Assembly: GCA_051047955.1 (NCBI GenBank)
Contig: JBPGPT010000001.1
Span: forward strand, 1 to 64,000
Direction: 5' to 3'
Source: Cystobasidiomycetes sp. EMM_F5
Lineage: Eukaryota
DNA: 64,000 nt
This document shows positions 62,542 to 64,000 of this stretch, piece by piece. The notes below the pieces were generated by a model, which saw only the letters and a program-made list of their open reading frames with translations, was not told the DNA's origin and searched no databases. Position 1 is the stretch's first letter, and each line of letters opens with the position of its first letter. A program made the translations under genes and the position numbers.

Positions 62542-64000
62542 ATGGCTTCGCTGGCCAGTAGACTTGATGGCGGAATCTTGCGCAAGACGAGTGGTAATAG
62601 CACATCTGGCAGGGCAGAGCGGATCAAGCAGCAGCAACGGCCAGCACCATACGTGAGCGACATAATCTCAAAGTGAATATTGGCAGGATCCGCGTGGTGA
62701 GACTGATGCCAACATGCGTATCCCATCAAAAGGCAAAGGCCGGTCCTGTGTCACCGTCGAATGTGGCTAATCAAAACGGACGTGTAGCGGGCGCTAACAA
62801 TCATGCTACCACAAGTGACAGATGGGAACACGACCTCTTCAATCCGCTGTCCGATTTGTACAACCCACAACTCAATTCTGGCTTTCCGGCTGGCACTACT
62901 ACCAAGACACGCAGGATAGCCAGTAGCGGCGGGGTATTCGGCAAGGCAATGGAAGACATAGGCGTCAAGCCACCATCACCGTCCCTTCGGCCATTCGGTT
63001 CAGCTACACTGCCAGTCGCTTCAACCAGTCAACGTTACGGCAGTGAACAGTATCCTCCCGGCGACCTATTCAGCAGTATAGGCATGAACGGCATCTCTTC
63101 TCGAACCGGAGGCGGAGTGCAGCTCAATGATGTCGAGATGTCTGCAGCTTCAAGCACAACTACCGACCGGGATGAGCGCAGAGCTCGACAGCGTGAAATC
63201 GCTCATGCAGAAGAACTGGCTCGTGAACGTGAGCGAGAACGTAAACTTGCGAGACAACGAGAGTCGAAGGAGGCAGAAGCGAAAAGATTGGCTCAACAGC
63301 AGGAGGAGGAAGCTGCAAGAAAGGCTCTGCTAGAACAAGTCGAACAAGAACAATACGTGTCCAGGCAGCAAGAAGAGGAAGCGGAGAGGAAAAGGCGACT
63401 CCGAACAGCTGGAGCGACCCAGATTCAAGTCAAGAACCTTGTCAACGGCACGACCCCTGAAGATGTTCAGGCCGCATTTGCAGATTTTGGCGAAATATTG
63501 TCATGCGATATCAAGGAGGTCGTCGGGGATACTGTGACTATGATAGTGGAGTTCGCAAAGCGTAACGAAGCGAAGAACGCCGTGGACAAGCTAAAGTGAG
63601 CTCTGCGTATCTTTGACTTGCACGAAACCTGACAAAACCATCTGCAAGTGGTGCACTGGCTGATGGGCGAACTCTCGAGCTTTCTGTTATTGAGCAACCG
63701 AAATTCACGCGTCCTGCCGCTACTTCCCTGTCCATCAAGAGTGCTGGGAAAGTCCCTCAAGCATCGGCTCCAAGCCTGCATGACCGGATGGGACTGCCGC
63801 TGAAGGGCAGCCAGCAAAGACAAGACCGCCCTTCCAGCACTCGATCTGTGGCATCGAGTCACGCTCTATATACACCGGCTTCACATCACGAGGAACAGCA
63901 AGATAATATGGACACAGATGAACCTGCAGCTCCAAGGTGTGTAGCCGGGGTAACCTATGACAAGCTATTATTGATCCCAATCTTCTGCAGCCGTATGAGA
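62542..64000 (+). CDS. RRM RNA-binding protein with a WxHD motif and coiled coil (3' partial)
   Basis: MASLASRL...RPAPY, DRWEHDLF, RRM-like IQVKNLVNGTTPEDVQAAF...ADGRTLEL; reading frame runs off the window. Confidence 0.8.

Overview
Eukaryotic (fungal) genomic DNA: gene-dense, with many short (about 50-80 nt) GT-AG introns and CTGAC/CTAAC branch points. This points to a basidiomycete yeast-like organism (inference). About 28 protein-coding genes were reconstructed by splicing by hand. They are mostly housekeeping genes: CCT8, OMA1, GH20 hexosaminidase, CE16-like SGNH esterase, two RhoGAPs, eIF2A, GT49-like transferase, SDR, PEF1, NimA-like kinase, SDHAF4, an MDR oxidoreductase, TPS2, SSB Hsp70, SulP, MAM3/CNNM, a nucleolar FKBP, ARPC4, SFT2-like and an RRM protein. 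Several orphans are also present. The main hidden feature lies in the ORF-poor gap at about 30.85-31.75 kb. It is an apparently non-coding, spliced snoRNA host transcript whose three introns each hold one box C/D snoRNA (SNORD69-like, snR41-like, snR70-like). These have degenerate but covarying boxes and loop-borne accessory rRNA-pairing elements. Other items: a 95-aa four-exon gene missed by the ORF track, a start codon split by an intron, a GC-AG intron, and a repeat-bearing, possibly transposon-derived left end. Splice models and rRNA matches were made by eye against recalled conserved rRNA sequence and need computational confirmation.
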